This document shows positions 27,220-39,449 of a stretch of DNA of 64,000 nt, in pieces. Where the stretch lies: assembly GCA_964016885.1 (NCBI GenBank), contig OZ024740.1:330212001-330276000 (forward strand), in the 5' to 3' direction. The notes beneath the pieces are model-generated. The model did no database searches. It worked only from the letters and a program-made list of their open reading frames with translations, and had not been told where the DNA came from. The position numbers were made by a program, and so were the translations under genes. Origin of the DNA: Eledone cirrhosa. Taxonomy: Eukaryota. Numbering within the stretch: the first letter of the stretch is position 1; every line of letters starts with the position of its first letter.

Positions 27220-27223
<4 letters not shown>
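23970..27223. repeat. 310-bp tandem array (retrozyme-like): about 7.7 direct copies (23970-26357) then about 2.8 inverted copies (26358-27223), in (TA)n
   Basis: Unit start aattggaataaatgc recurs at 23971, 24281, 24591, 24901, 25211, 25521, 25831 and 26141. Copies are almost identical. The strand switch is at gtgcttt|ctttcaaacc. Confidence 0.97.
26437..26479 (+). ncRNA. Canonical minimal type I hammerhead ribozyme, one per 310-bp unit (11 copies)
   Basis: gtagtc|ctgatga|attct aaca agaat|gaaa|cgcg|ta|gattac. Plus-strand copies at 26437, 26747 and 27057. Minus-strand copies at 24131-24173 and every 310 bp up to 26301-26343. Confidence 0.9.
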
Positions 27224-27259
<36 letters not shown>

Positions 27260-27370
27260 TATAATATAATATAATAGAATATGAAAGAAAAAGAAAAACG
27301 ATACATACATATACATATATGTGTTCAAATCGTAAGGGATTCGCTAAGGTGAGAAGAATACTAACTATAG

Positions 27371-27408
<38 letters not shown>

Positions 27409-27526
27409 CGAAGGAATTGTGGTAAGTAATCAGATGGACCATAACGCAACATAGTACTCAATACTTAGGTTAGCAGAGTGGGTAGTAGGAACAAGTATGA
27501 CCCTGTCGGTAGGACGGCTATTTCTG

Positions 27527-27556
<30 letters not shown>

Positions 27557-27562
<6 letters not shown>

Positions 27563-28133
27563 CGTAAAATTAGAAAATTCTAAAAAAATTTAAAAAATTA
27601 AAAATTTTTTTTAAAAATTGACTTACTAAAATTTTCACTCCAACTAATTAATTTGTGCAATGGGATAAATACAGTTACGTAATATAACTGTCGAGAATTC
27701 ATTGCGTCATCAGGGAGTCTATTCTCAGCTAAATCTCCAGGCAATGCGCGGACACTGGGGACTCATATAAAAATAATAATAATAATAAAAATAATAATAA
27801 TTCACTAGCCTCAGTTTCACGTGATTGATTCTTTAGAATCTGCCATTTGACCAGAGACGGCGAGCTTTTCAGTGCATGGAATCCAGTCCCCGCTAGCTGT
27901 TCCATCTACCGAATTATTATTATTTTTATATGAGTCCCCAGTGTCCGCGCATTGCCTGGAGACTTAGCTGAGAATAGGCTCCCTGATGACGCAATGACTT
28001 CTCGACAGTTATATTACGTAACTGTATTTATCCCATTGCACAAATTAATTAGTTGGAGTGAAAATTTTAGTAAGTCAATTTTTAAAAAAAATTTTTAATT
28101 TTTTAAATTTTTTTAGAATTTTCTAATTTTACG

Positions 28134-28140
<7 letters not shown>
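27557..28140. repeat. Inverted repeat (arms about 27557-27791 and 27914-28140) with a ~120-bp spacer, in (TA)n
   Basis: The arms are reverse complements with a few substitutions. Confidence 0.9.
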
Positions 28141-28193
<53 letters not shown>

Positions 28194-28429
28194 TACAATA
28201 ACAGAGATAGTTTAAAGCTAAACTCTGACTGGTAACCATCTCACTCAACAAACATTAGGTTATATTTAATATATTTAAATATAAACCCAATTTAATGTTT
28301 GGGGTGCTAACAATATGTATAATGTGGAAAAACCAGTTGTATTATTTTATGAGATATAAATAAAGTTATATATATATATATTAGTAAAAAGGAAAAGAAA
28401 ATGAACCACTTGGCTACACACACACACAC

Positions 28430-28970
28430 ACACACATTCATATTTGTCTTAATAGACACCTGAACTGTTGACCTCTGAACATGACTGCAACTCAATCAAG
28501 AAGAAAAGGACACTCTTCGACAAACCTACATTTGGCGCGAAACCAAATAACGCTAAAATAAATTTACACATACACGTGACTTCTAACGACCAATCAAAAT
28601 TGTTTTGACTACACAAATTTTTGCAACACGAATTGGCGCGAAATTTATAGGGCTATTCACATGACATTCAACAACCAACCAAATCTTAATACCTCCCAAG
28701 CCACTTTTTTCACATAAAACAGGAAGAATTTCCAAAACTGATCAGATTAGGGCAAACATCACGAGTACTCTATCTCAAAATTATTTTTGAAAAGCATAAG
28801 AAATGCGCAACCGGTAAAAACTTACAACTACAACTGAATACTAACTAATACTTATTACTAATTTATACTTATTCCTAATTAAACTATTTTTCACTGGAAA
28901 AAATTCGTCAGCATATTCTTTTCCTTTTTACAAATATATCACAACTCGTGTGTCACACCTAGATTTTTTA
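28430..28970 (+). mobile_element. Diverged family-B relative (partial copy at 37430-37590, minus strand)
   Basis: Shares ggcgcgaaattta, gccacttttt..cata.aaac and ttgaaaagca..tgcg.aaccggtaaa with 7764-8022. Confidence 0.7.
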
Positions 28971-29994
28971 AAATATATATATATACATATATATATATAT
29001 TTATATATAGGGGTTCCAGGCTCGTGTGTGTGATGTTTGCTGTGACCGTGTGTAACGTTTCATATATGAGAGTAATATTTCTATCAAATGTTAACTATAA
29101 AATACATAGACATTAAATTTTCACATAATATTGTTTTTCGTTTACCATTTTCATATATCAATTTTACATTTTAAAACTTTAGTCCTATCTACTAAAAGCC
29201 TGTTTGATTTCATTAAAGCTCCTATTTTGCAAGAAATATTTAACACGATATATTTCATGAAAATAAATATGTTCAGTGACTTCTATTTTTTCTTACATTT
29301 TGAGAATTATACAATTGGTTAAACACAGCCAATTTTATTATGGTATTTTAAATTTTTATAGCAGATGATTAGAATATGCATTCCAACCTTCTCTATATTT
29401 ACCGTTTGAATTCCGTCGGTATTCAAATATATTATGCTGAATGTGAACGATATGTGTATACATTCCGGCAAAATGTATCAAGTATAATTTTCTGGTTTAA
29501 TATATGATACTATTGGTATGCAGTTTTAAGGCAGTGAAAATAAATTAGTTAGAAATTATGATATGGTAAATTTTATCTAATATTGTTTTTATATAATTCA
29601 TATGGAACTCATTTCTTACATATTTTTGGTATGTACATGAAAATGAATGGACAGTAGTATTACATGAGCTTCCAATTTGATGGTATATACTTTGAATACT
29701 TTTTCTGTGTGCAAAGAAGCAAATGGAGGTTTTCAGTATCATTTTCGTAAAGCAATTGATATATTTCATAACATGGCAAATTAGCTGTTCTGGTCATTAG
29801 CTGTTCTGGTCATATACGTCAAGATAGTGACGTTGGTAAATATTTAAAATAGCCTGCAATATTCAAACCGGAGTACGAGATAATGATAGGACATAGTTGT
29901 GAACATATGAAGAGGAAACGGTTTTCTATTATTGCTTGGATAATATATTGTATATGTTGGTCAGTTAGTAGAATCGGTAATATCGTTTCCAGGG

Positions 29995-30074
<80 letters not shown>

Positions 30075-30157
30075 GGTAAATAGAAATAACAACACAATCG
30101 GTACAGTATATATGGAAGGTATATATTAGGTTAACGCTTGATATAGCAGGAAGAGGG

Positions 30158-30193
30158 TCTTAACGTTTCGGACGCTAGTCCTTCATCAGAAGA
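30158..30193 (-). ncRNA. Penelope-type minimal hammerhead in a pLTR-like repeat (30070-30290; second copy 38350-38570 with HHR at 38437-38472)
   Basis: On the minus strand: tctt|ctgatga|a ggac tagc gtcc|gaaa|cg|tt|aaga. Confidence 0.8.
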
Positions 30194-31091
30194 AAGAATG
30201 ATAAATAAAATAGATTAAGGGGACGCGCGGGATGGAATTGTAAAAAATGTCTTGAGATAAAAATAATAGGTCCATTCGTGTTGACAAGAGATGTCAATAT
30301 GTATTTAAGCACATCTTCAAAGATATTACCGCTTCTTATTGACCAAAATATACAGCATATTATCCAAGTATGTCTATGTGTATGTGCGTATGTGTGTGAG
30401 TGGATGGGAGTGCGTGCGTGTGCGGGCTAGTGTGTGTGAATACAATGTGTTTTCAAATATAATTTATTTTTAATACCTACCAGATTCACGCTGCTTTGAA
30501 ATTGGATACAACATTGGGAATTTTAGTAACTGAATCGATCTTATATATAACGTTTGAAGTGGTTTTAAACAATACACTATATTTGACACAGTAAATATGT
30601 GCATGGCTGTGATATGCACAGATCAAACGAATTAAAAAAATAACAGTTGTGTGCATAGTTTGTTTTGTTATGGAAATTTGTTTTCACATAAATTTCTGAA
30701 GCTGTTTGAATTTTTATTTCATGGAATTTGAGATATATGTTACCTTTACATATATTCATTTTATGCTGCGTATTCTTCTATTTGCCCAGCAAATAATCAA
30801 TTAAAAGAGAAGACATACTATAACATTAGAAATAAATATTTCGCAGCATTTTTGTTTAACGTTTGCTGCACGGATGCTATGAAATTGGCATATTGCTCTG
30901 TATGATCAATAGTCACACATAAGAATTATCTATTTACGAGCATACTAATTACATGAGTATTACTCAATGGCGCTTTAAAGTTGGTGTCAGATATTGATTA
31001 ATTGGGTTATAATAAGGATGATGTATTTTGTCTACACCGTGATATTACTTTTTCCTGAAGCAATTTTCAATCATTAGAATTTCAATGAAGG

Positions 31092-31148
<57 letters not shown>

Positions 31149-31153
<5 letters not shown>

Positions 31154-31352
31154 AACCAGTAAGACCCCGACAGCTGAGCTCAAGCCGTTTCGACGGCTAA
31201 TTCTGGACTTAATTCTGTCCAGAATTAGCCGTCGAAACGGCTTGAGCTCAGCTGTCGGGGTCTTACTGGTTCCTATTACCCACTCTACTACCTCAAGTAT
31301 TGAGTACTTTGGTGCGTTATGGTCCACCTGGTTCCTTACCACATTCCCTTCG

Positions 31353-31355
<3 letters not shown>
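31149..31355. mobile_element. Family-D short element with a 60-bp-arm perfect palindrome (31149-31276); relatives at 27405-27510(-) and 62693-62820(+)
   Basis: Arms 31149-31208 and 31217-31276. Contains the 3' half of an HHR: gaaa-cggc ttgagctca gctg-tc. Confidence 0.8.
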
Positions 31356-31420
<65 letters not shown>

Positions 31421-31445
31421 CTATATATATATATATATATATATA

Positions 31446-31480
<35 letters not shown>

Positions 31481-31509
31481 ATATATATATATATGTGTGT
31501 GTGTGTGTA

Positions 31510-31640
<131 letters not shown>

Positions 31641-32559
31641 GATCAAATCCATTCCTCATATTTCGTCTCCAATAATTATATCTTGTCCAGATTAAGTGAA
31701 ACCAAAGATATAATATTTCAAATTAGTTATGTTAACAATGTAAAATATTTCGTTCTGACACAAATAAATATTTAAGCAAATCATTTCAGCAATCGGTTTC
31801 TACACTGGAGGTTTGAACAAGCAGTGTCCTCCATATAGAATAACAAGGGATTTTAATCATCAAATAGTGAACGATTTTACGAAGACATTAGCATTGGAAA
31901 ATAAACATAGTTGAATAATATACCTGCATAGAACTTACAAACACATTAATGCCTACAAATAAATGGTAACCTTTAGCATTGAGAAAATATTATATTACCT
32001 AGTTAAGTAAATATTCTGTACTCATAATCCGAGGCTGCTGTATTGCACGAAAATTGAAGCAGACAGAAGGTTGGCAAGAACGTTCCGGAAGAAACATCAA
32101 TATTGTGTTCCTCAATAAATTATCCTGGTAAGCTTGAAAAGGCAGGCGTATTATTTACAGAAGTGTACCCTCAGTTAGATAACATTTAACTCTAACGAAC
32201 GAGGAGTAGTGTTAATGAAAGTTATTTTAAGTTGATAAAGAGCAATTCAATTGACAACATGACCGCTTGAAACAAATACTGAGAACTAGATGGTTTTAGT
32301 AGACAAAGTATTGGAAATAAATGTAATTATGGGAATGCATTCAATCTCATCTTTTTACATTCAACATAAGAAATTGGACCGTAAATGAATTGAAATGTTT
32401 ATCCAGAAAAAAAGACATCAATGTATACCATTTAAGCCAACAAACCAAATATATCGGGTATATTTAGTTCAGGCATGTTGCAACGTAACATCTGTAGTAT
32501 AAAACAATACTATTGATCCCAGGGAAAAAACAATCAGAATAGGAGTCTGGGGAAAATAA

Positions 32560-34220
32560 GATGATAACCATGATGATGATGATAATAATAACAAAATAAA
32601 GAACAAAAATAATAGAATTAGTAAGATTTATAACCGCAGTCTCTAAACAACTGTGGGGAGACATCACAACAGAAGCTTCTAAAACACTGGGAAAAGAAAG
32701 CAATTCGAAATCTCCGGGACATGACAAAATCCCTAAACTCTTATTGAAATAATTAGCAGGGTCTCATGATGTCCCTGTGTAGAATGTAAGGAGATGATGA
32801 AGGAGCCAGAAATTAAACCAGGCTGCCATATTAAAGAGAAAGCCACCGTTATCCCAATGAATATTGACACTGCAAACTCCAAAATTACAAACGCGTAGCA
32901 TACTTTCCTACAGCCTACAATACCTTCACTAAAATAATAGCAGCACTACTGAACAAAAACGTGGTTAACAAAAGCAACTCATTTCGAGAAGACCTGAAAG
33001 GCTGCTGCAAAATTTCATATGGCTTTAAAGAACAATTATTAATCAACAAAGCGGTAATACAAAACTACAGAAATGGATAAACAATCCCACCGTGGGATGC
33101 AACGACTGCCAGAAACATTTTGGCATTGTTATCCATACGGATATATTCTCTATGAATAGGCTAGCTATGAAAAGAAATAAAAATGAAATTTTAGTAATTA
33201 GTAAAGAATTCTATTAAAACAAACTAAAGATTGATACATAAAATAATGGGCACCTCCCAGTTAATAGAGATATATTCCAAGGGGACTCGTCTTCTGCCTA
33301 GAACTGACACCATTACCCGAGATACTGAAAAGCAACAAGACTTAATTATCAACGCTATGTCAAGAAAATCAATCACCTCCATTATACGGGTGATACAATC
33401 TCTATACTGCAGATGACAGTCATCTAAACACAACCCCTCTACAATAACCACCTACACGTTCTATACCGCATTTAATAATTCAACACAATCCTAAAGCTAC
33501 ATGATCACGCACAAATCAAGCACTGTCTAATACAGATATGTTAGGGTTAAAAAAGACAATTTATACAAGTCTTCATGAATTATACATGTTGAATGCTGAG
33601 GATGCGGTATCCGTTGATGACTGTTTATCCAGTTGGTCTAGAAAATTACGTAGAAGAACACAAGATAGATTGTTTAGTTTAATGAAGCAACATAAAAACA
33701 ACAAAATACCACAGTGTAATATCTATACAAAACAACAATAAAGTAGAAACTAATTACACTGTGTATAGAATTTTAGTTAAAGTAGGACAAATTAGCAGAA
33801 TACATTAAAAATAAGATAACTTCAAAGCGGATCAAAAAAACAAATCAGATTAAAAAATAACAGGATCAATAATCAGTAAAATTGACAGAAAAGAATAGAG
33901 CATACGAGAAAGCCAATAATAAATTCAACACTGGAATACAAGCAAACATCGGATTCTAACTGTAGAAGATCTATGCATAGACACAAACAAATTTCACATA
34001 TGAGAAATAATTAGACTAGAGTCTAATGCAAACGGTAAACAATAAAACCTCATCACAATAAAATCATCAACACAGATGTCAAATGTCTAGTCTTTGAAAA
34101 GAAAATCCATGCGCAGTCATGTCCTAGACTGTGACTATATCCGTTATGTAAATTGTGATAATTTCACATGATGACAATGACACGGAAAATAAGTCTTCTA
34201 AGCATACCAGAAACTGTGTG
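32560..34220 (+). pseudogene. Highly degenerate R4/Dong-like non-LTR retrotransposon
   Basis: Translatable remnants KSPGHDKIP, KGCCK..GFKEQLLINKAV and RDIFQGDS, with many stops. Confidence 0.7.
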
Positions 34221-35110
34221 TATGCGGGTGTGAGTGGCATTGCCTTCGTGTACGTGTACGTGTGTGTGTTAATGTTATCTTAGTTTTAATCTGGACCGGA
34301 GTAGATGAAAGTGAGATACACTGCTATCGCAATGAAAGGGAAAAACGAAAATCTATAGAGATTCAAAGAGAGTTGTATATATCCTTACCCACTTAAAGTT
34401 CGTAGGAGACGTTTATTAATGTTAGAGAGGCTATTAAATTGATACAAACCTCGGAATGTAAATAAATATGCAGTTATGTTTAGAAATATAGCTGTACAGA
34501 TATTGAAATATACACAACATTTACTTTAAACATAATCCAAAGAAATAGGCTTAATAGGTACAAAGTACAATCTATGCCATTGAATGTGTTTTCTATTCAA
34601 TAACAAAAATCACATGAAACATATTCATCACATTCTGCTTTTAATAAAATACACGATTTAGCAATAAAAATAGCAAAAGTAAAGTTTCAAGCCCCAATAA
34701 CACAGGAAATTAAAGGCGCCTTTTCACTCTCTCAGTATAGATCACCTTAGGCATATACATGCAGAGAAAATGCATGATGTAAAAGGAAAAGATCAACATG
34801 CATTTTATTTTTATTAATATTATTATTTTTTGTTAATTTTCGTTTTCCTTCAATGTTGTTTTCTAATCTTGCCGAACGTATTCCCTGCAACTATAGCGAA
34901 GAAAATCACTGCCTATGTAAATAAACTCCAGATGCATACTCACGAGATTGTTTACATCATGCACATTATACAGTTACAATAATATCATATATACACATGC
35001 ACATCATGTATAAAATCCTATTTACAACAGAATGATAATCACTCTTATAAGTGAGCTCGATTGTTTACGACTCACATAATTATGGAATGTAATCATTTAA
35101 AATTATGCAT

Positions 35111-36003
35111 TATATATATATATATGAATGTATATATAATGTATTTTGCAATACACTTTATGCTTAATTAAAAGCATTTCGAAGACCTTACGTTATTGTT
35201 TTAGAGTAGAGACAGTCTCACTTGCTTTACATTTTCAGCAAACAAGGGAGATAAAGCTGACAGGACTCTGTTTCGGACTTTTTGGTACTTATCAGAGCTA
35301 AGTACTCCACCTGTTTGCTGAAAATCATGAATGTTTGCTTCTTATAGAATTCTAGAAATAATCAGGAACTGATTATACAGTGCGGTTGCCGGTCAAGCAG
35401 AAATTGAAAATTAGAATTGGTGCTCTGAAATAGCGATATATATATATGAATGTATATATAATGTATTTTGCAATACACTCTATGCTTAATTAAAAGCATT
35501 TCGAAGACCTTACGCTCGTGTTTTAGAGTAGTGACAGTCTCACTTACTTTAAATGTTCAGCAAACAAGGGAGATAAAGCTGACAGAGCTCTGTTTCGGAC
35601 TTTTTGGTAGTTATAAAAGCTAAGTACTCCACCTGTTTGCTGAAAATCATGAATGTTTGATTCTTATAGAATTCTAGTAATAATCAGGAACTGATTATAC
35701 AGAGCGGTTGCCGGTCAAGCAGAAATTGAAAATAAGAATTGGTGCTCTGAAATAGCGATATATATATATGATTTTCAGCAAACAGGTGGAGTACTTAGCT
35801 TTGATAAGTACCAAAAAGTACGAAACAGAGCTCTGTCAGCTTTGTCTCCATTGTTTGCTGACAAATAAAGTAAGTGAGACTGTCACTACTCTAAAACAAT
35901 AGCGTAAGGTCTTCGAAATGCTTTTAATTAAGCATAGTGTTTTGCAAAATACACTATATATACATTCATATATATATCTCGATTTCAGAGCACCAATTCT
36001 AAT
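35111..36003. repeat. Two ~322-bp tandem units plus an inverted partial unit; older relative of the 310-bp array, with a variant HHR
   Basis: gaatgtatatataatg at 35126 and 35448, inverted part 35769-36003. Shares gctctgaaatagcgata, gaagacct, caggaactg and gcggttgccggtc with the 310-mer. Confidence 0.88.
35797..35841 (+). ncRNA. Type I hammerhead variant with UUGAUAA core
   Basis: agct|ttgataa|gtac caaaaa gtac|gaaa|cagagctctg|tc|agct. The minus-strand copy at 35255-35299 has CUGAUAA. Confidence 0.72.
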
Positions 36004-36128
<125 letters not shown>

Positions 36129-36129
36129 T

Positions 36130-37381
36130 ATATCATAAATTATGTCCTTAGAACTATTTGATAAAATATATACACAATTTCCTCAACCAATTAGCATAAT
36201 TAACCATATAAAAAATCAATTAGACCAGGAAAATTAATTGTCCTTGAGTTTGTCTCATGATGAATTCGATACTCGAGATTTATCTATAATAGGATATCTC
36301 AAAACGCGAACGAAACCCAGGGTAGGGACATAATTACGGTAAGAATGTACTCATTTCTTCTAACTTTAAATGTATACCTAATTGTGTATGGTTGACGGTA
36401 TATTTAGTCAGTTTCTACATGCTGTTAAAATGTTGGGTAAATGTTCTGTTGCGGTCGGCAGCGAAGAGGCTGCTGTAGTTTATTTATCAAATATTTCTTC
36501 ATAGGACCCTTTATTCTTACAGCCTGGTATAATTGACTTTTTATATGTTTAATTATGCTAATTGGGAGAGGACATAGTGTATATATTTTATCAAATAATT
36601 CTATGGACATAATTTGTGATATATTGCTCTGATTATTTAATTTATTAATTCTTCGTTGAGCCACATCGTGAATGGTTGCCACATATATATCTATAACTTT
36701 GTATATATGTAATTCTTTATATTTAATAATCAATCTCCCAGTAGGTTGAGATGCAATTTGGGCAATATTTGGCTACGCTTTATAGCAACCAGCCCACTCG
36801 CCGTAAGCAACTAATCACATTCTTTCTAACTTGACCACTGCCAGGTCACGATTCTTAGCCACTTTTTAATCTATTTCTGGCGGGGATCGCTTTGGAAAAT
36901 TAATTGTCCTTGAGTTTGTCTCATGATGAGTTCGATAATCGAGATTTATCCTTAATAGGATATCTCAAAACGCGAACGAAACCCAGGGTAGGGACATAAT
37001 TACGATAAGAATGTACTCGTTTCTTCTAACTTTAAATTTATACCTAATTGTGTATGGTTGACGGTATATTTAGTCGATTTCTACATGCTGTTGAAATGTT
37101 GGGTAAATGTTCTGTTGCGGTCGGCAGCGAAGAGGCTGCTGTAGTTTATTTATCAAATATTTCTTCATAGGAGCCTTTATTCTTATGGCCTGGTCTAATT
37201 GACGTTTTATATGGTTAATTATGCTAATTGGGAGAGGAAATAGTGTATATATTTTATCAAATAATTCTATGGACATAATTTATGATATATTGCTCTGATT
37301 ATTTAATTTATTAATTCTTCATTGAGCCACATCGTGAATCGTTTCCACATATATAACTATGACTTTGTGTATATGTAAATC

Positions 37382-37392
<11 letters not shown>
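36130..37392. mobile_element. ~666-bp partial tandem plus a short inverted copy (family F, pLTR-like) in (TA)n
   Basis: 36228-36730 is repeated at 36894-37392. 36130-36228 is the reverse complement of part of the unit. Confidence 0.85.
36917..36996 (+). ncRNA. Type I hammerhead variant with AUGAUGA core and extended stem II (other copy 36251-36330)
   Basis: tgtctc|atgatga|gttcg..[gagat..atcc/ggat atctc]..cgaac|gaaa|ccc a ggg|ta|gggaca. Confidence 0.72.
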
Positions 37393-37414
<22 letters not shown>

Positions 37415-37769
37415 GGTAAAAGAAAAGAAAATGCTGACAAATTGTTCCCAGTGAAAAATAGTTTAATTAGGAATAAGAAAAAATTTGTAATAAGCATTGG
37501 TTAGTATTCAGTTTTGGTTTTAAGTTTTTACCGGTTGCGCATATCTAATGCTTTTCAAAAATAATTTTGAGATAGAGCGCCGGTGATGTTTGCTATAATA
37601 TATATATACATTATTCCGAGTTGAATCGGAGGCAACCACAGTATATATATATATATATGTGTGTCTGTGTGTGTGTGTCGGATGGTAGCTAAGATGCTCC
37701 ATAGGCGTTATTCCGGTTGAGCACTCTATGCTCTTACAGAGCAGAGTATCATATAATATAAAACGCAAA

Positions 37770-38330
37770 ATCAGTGATGCATCTGAACTGAATTTATTGT
37801 GTGTTACAATTGTTTCGCCGGCGCAGACAGCTGGAGACGCGACCATAGTGTAGATCTGCCTGATTCTGGACCCGCAGGTTCGACGGACACGTCGAATGAT
37901 TTCGGAGCATGGGGAATGAGGTGGTGGTGGAGACAACGACTTAAAAATATCATGTGACAGTTGTATCGTGTTTTGGTGAAGATGAGTTTGGAGAGATGCA
38001 GGGAAGATTGGATGCATATAGGGGGGAGGTTGGAGTAAGCACTTGGGAGTAGAATGGAGCTGGCGGAGAAAAGATTTGAGATTGGGAATATTGAAGGTAC
38101 TAGGAGTTGTGTGAAAAATAGACGGTTGAGAAGAAGGTGGTGTAAGAAGATTGTAGTAAAGTAAATGTGGTAGAGAGTCGTGGAATATTTAAATGCAAGA
38201 AGCAAAGAAAATGTCAATGTTACGAAAGATTTCCTGGTGGAAGTTCAGGTGTACTCCGGGTTGGTATCCAGTTTCGAGGTGAAAATCCAATCAGAAAGTC
38301 CAACGAATTGTGAGAGGTCCACGTAAGCGT
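37770..38330 (-). pseudogene. Fragment of a Penelope/Poseidon-type ORF N-terminus downstream of the 38350-38570 pLTR
   Basis: LHLSKLIFTKTRYNCHMIFLSRCLHHHLIP resembles the HxxFLxRCxxxxLIP N-terminal motif. A homologous piece lies at 43894-44030 and 50040-50170. Confidence 0.6.
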
Positions 38331-39449
38331 TGATATATATATATATATATGTAAAAGGTAAACAGAAATAACAACACAATCGGTACAGTATATGGAAGGA
38401 TGTATAAGGTTAACGCTTGATATTGCATGAACAGGGTGTTAACGTTTCGGGCGCTAGTCCTTCATCAGAAGAAAGAATGAGAAATAAGATAGATTGAGGG
38501 GACGGGTGTGATGCAATTGGAAAAAATGTCTTTAGATAAAAATACGAGGTCCATTCATGTTGACATCTCTTGCAAAACTGTTGGTGCTGGCGTTTTGTAT
38601 ATGATTCATTTTTTTAGAAAAGTGGATGATGGGGCGCGTCTAACTGAAATGGAAAAAAAAACCGTTTTGTAAAAAGAGCTATACTTGAGCAAGTGCGTAA
38701 GCATGTGTTTGTGTGTGCGTGTGTGTGTGTTATTATACGTTGTACGAAGCTAAGAAGAAATGTGTGTGTAAATGTGAGTAAAAGAGTATCAAGCTATCAG
38801 CAAAAGTATGTTAATATAAGAGTGGGTATGTGTTTATACAGAGCAGTGAAGGGAAAAGTGGAGTGAGCGTATATAATCGGCATGTATTAGTTGTAACAGA
38901 AGCTGCTAAGGATCAAGAGAAAGCGATAGGAATCTAGGGGTGTGATAATGGCCGGGGCATTAGAGAAATTGGGGAGGTGAGTTGAGTCCAAGAGGGGATT
39001 AGGACCCAAGGCGGTGAATCAGACTTTGTTCAGTCCTGGGTTAATTTTATCGATATATTAACCAGTGTAGATATTGGCGATCTCTCTCATACAATATTGG
39101 TTCTGAATATTTACATGCAGAAATTAAGTGATCCTCATTTTCCCTCACAACATTGCATAATAAACTTTTGATCTACTCCGTTTTTTATAACATTGGCTTG
39201 ATATTTACAGATGAATAAGCTTTGATTTTAAGTAAATAGGATGAAGCTTTCACTCTCTGCCTTTAGCCATGATGGGTGTAATCACTGATGTGTGTAATTC
39301 TAGTCTACATAAGCTTAATTGCTATGGGTTATATATTTACATTTCGGAGGCTTTTTCTCCCAATTTGATGCGAATTACTCAAGTCTTTTTTTTTTTTTTT
39401 GCCATTAATTTTGTTTCCTCTATGAAATTAGTTTCCACATTTCTCTCTG

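Noticed and set aside
23970-27223. CRISPR array or ordinary satellite
   Set aside because: The units are identical with no unique spacers and the context is eukaryotic. The embedded HHR and inversion fit a retrozyme better.
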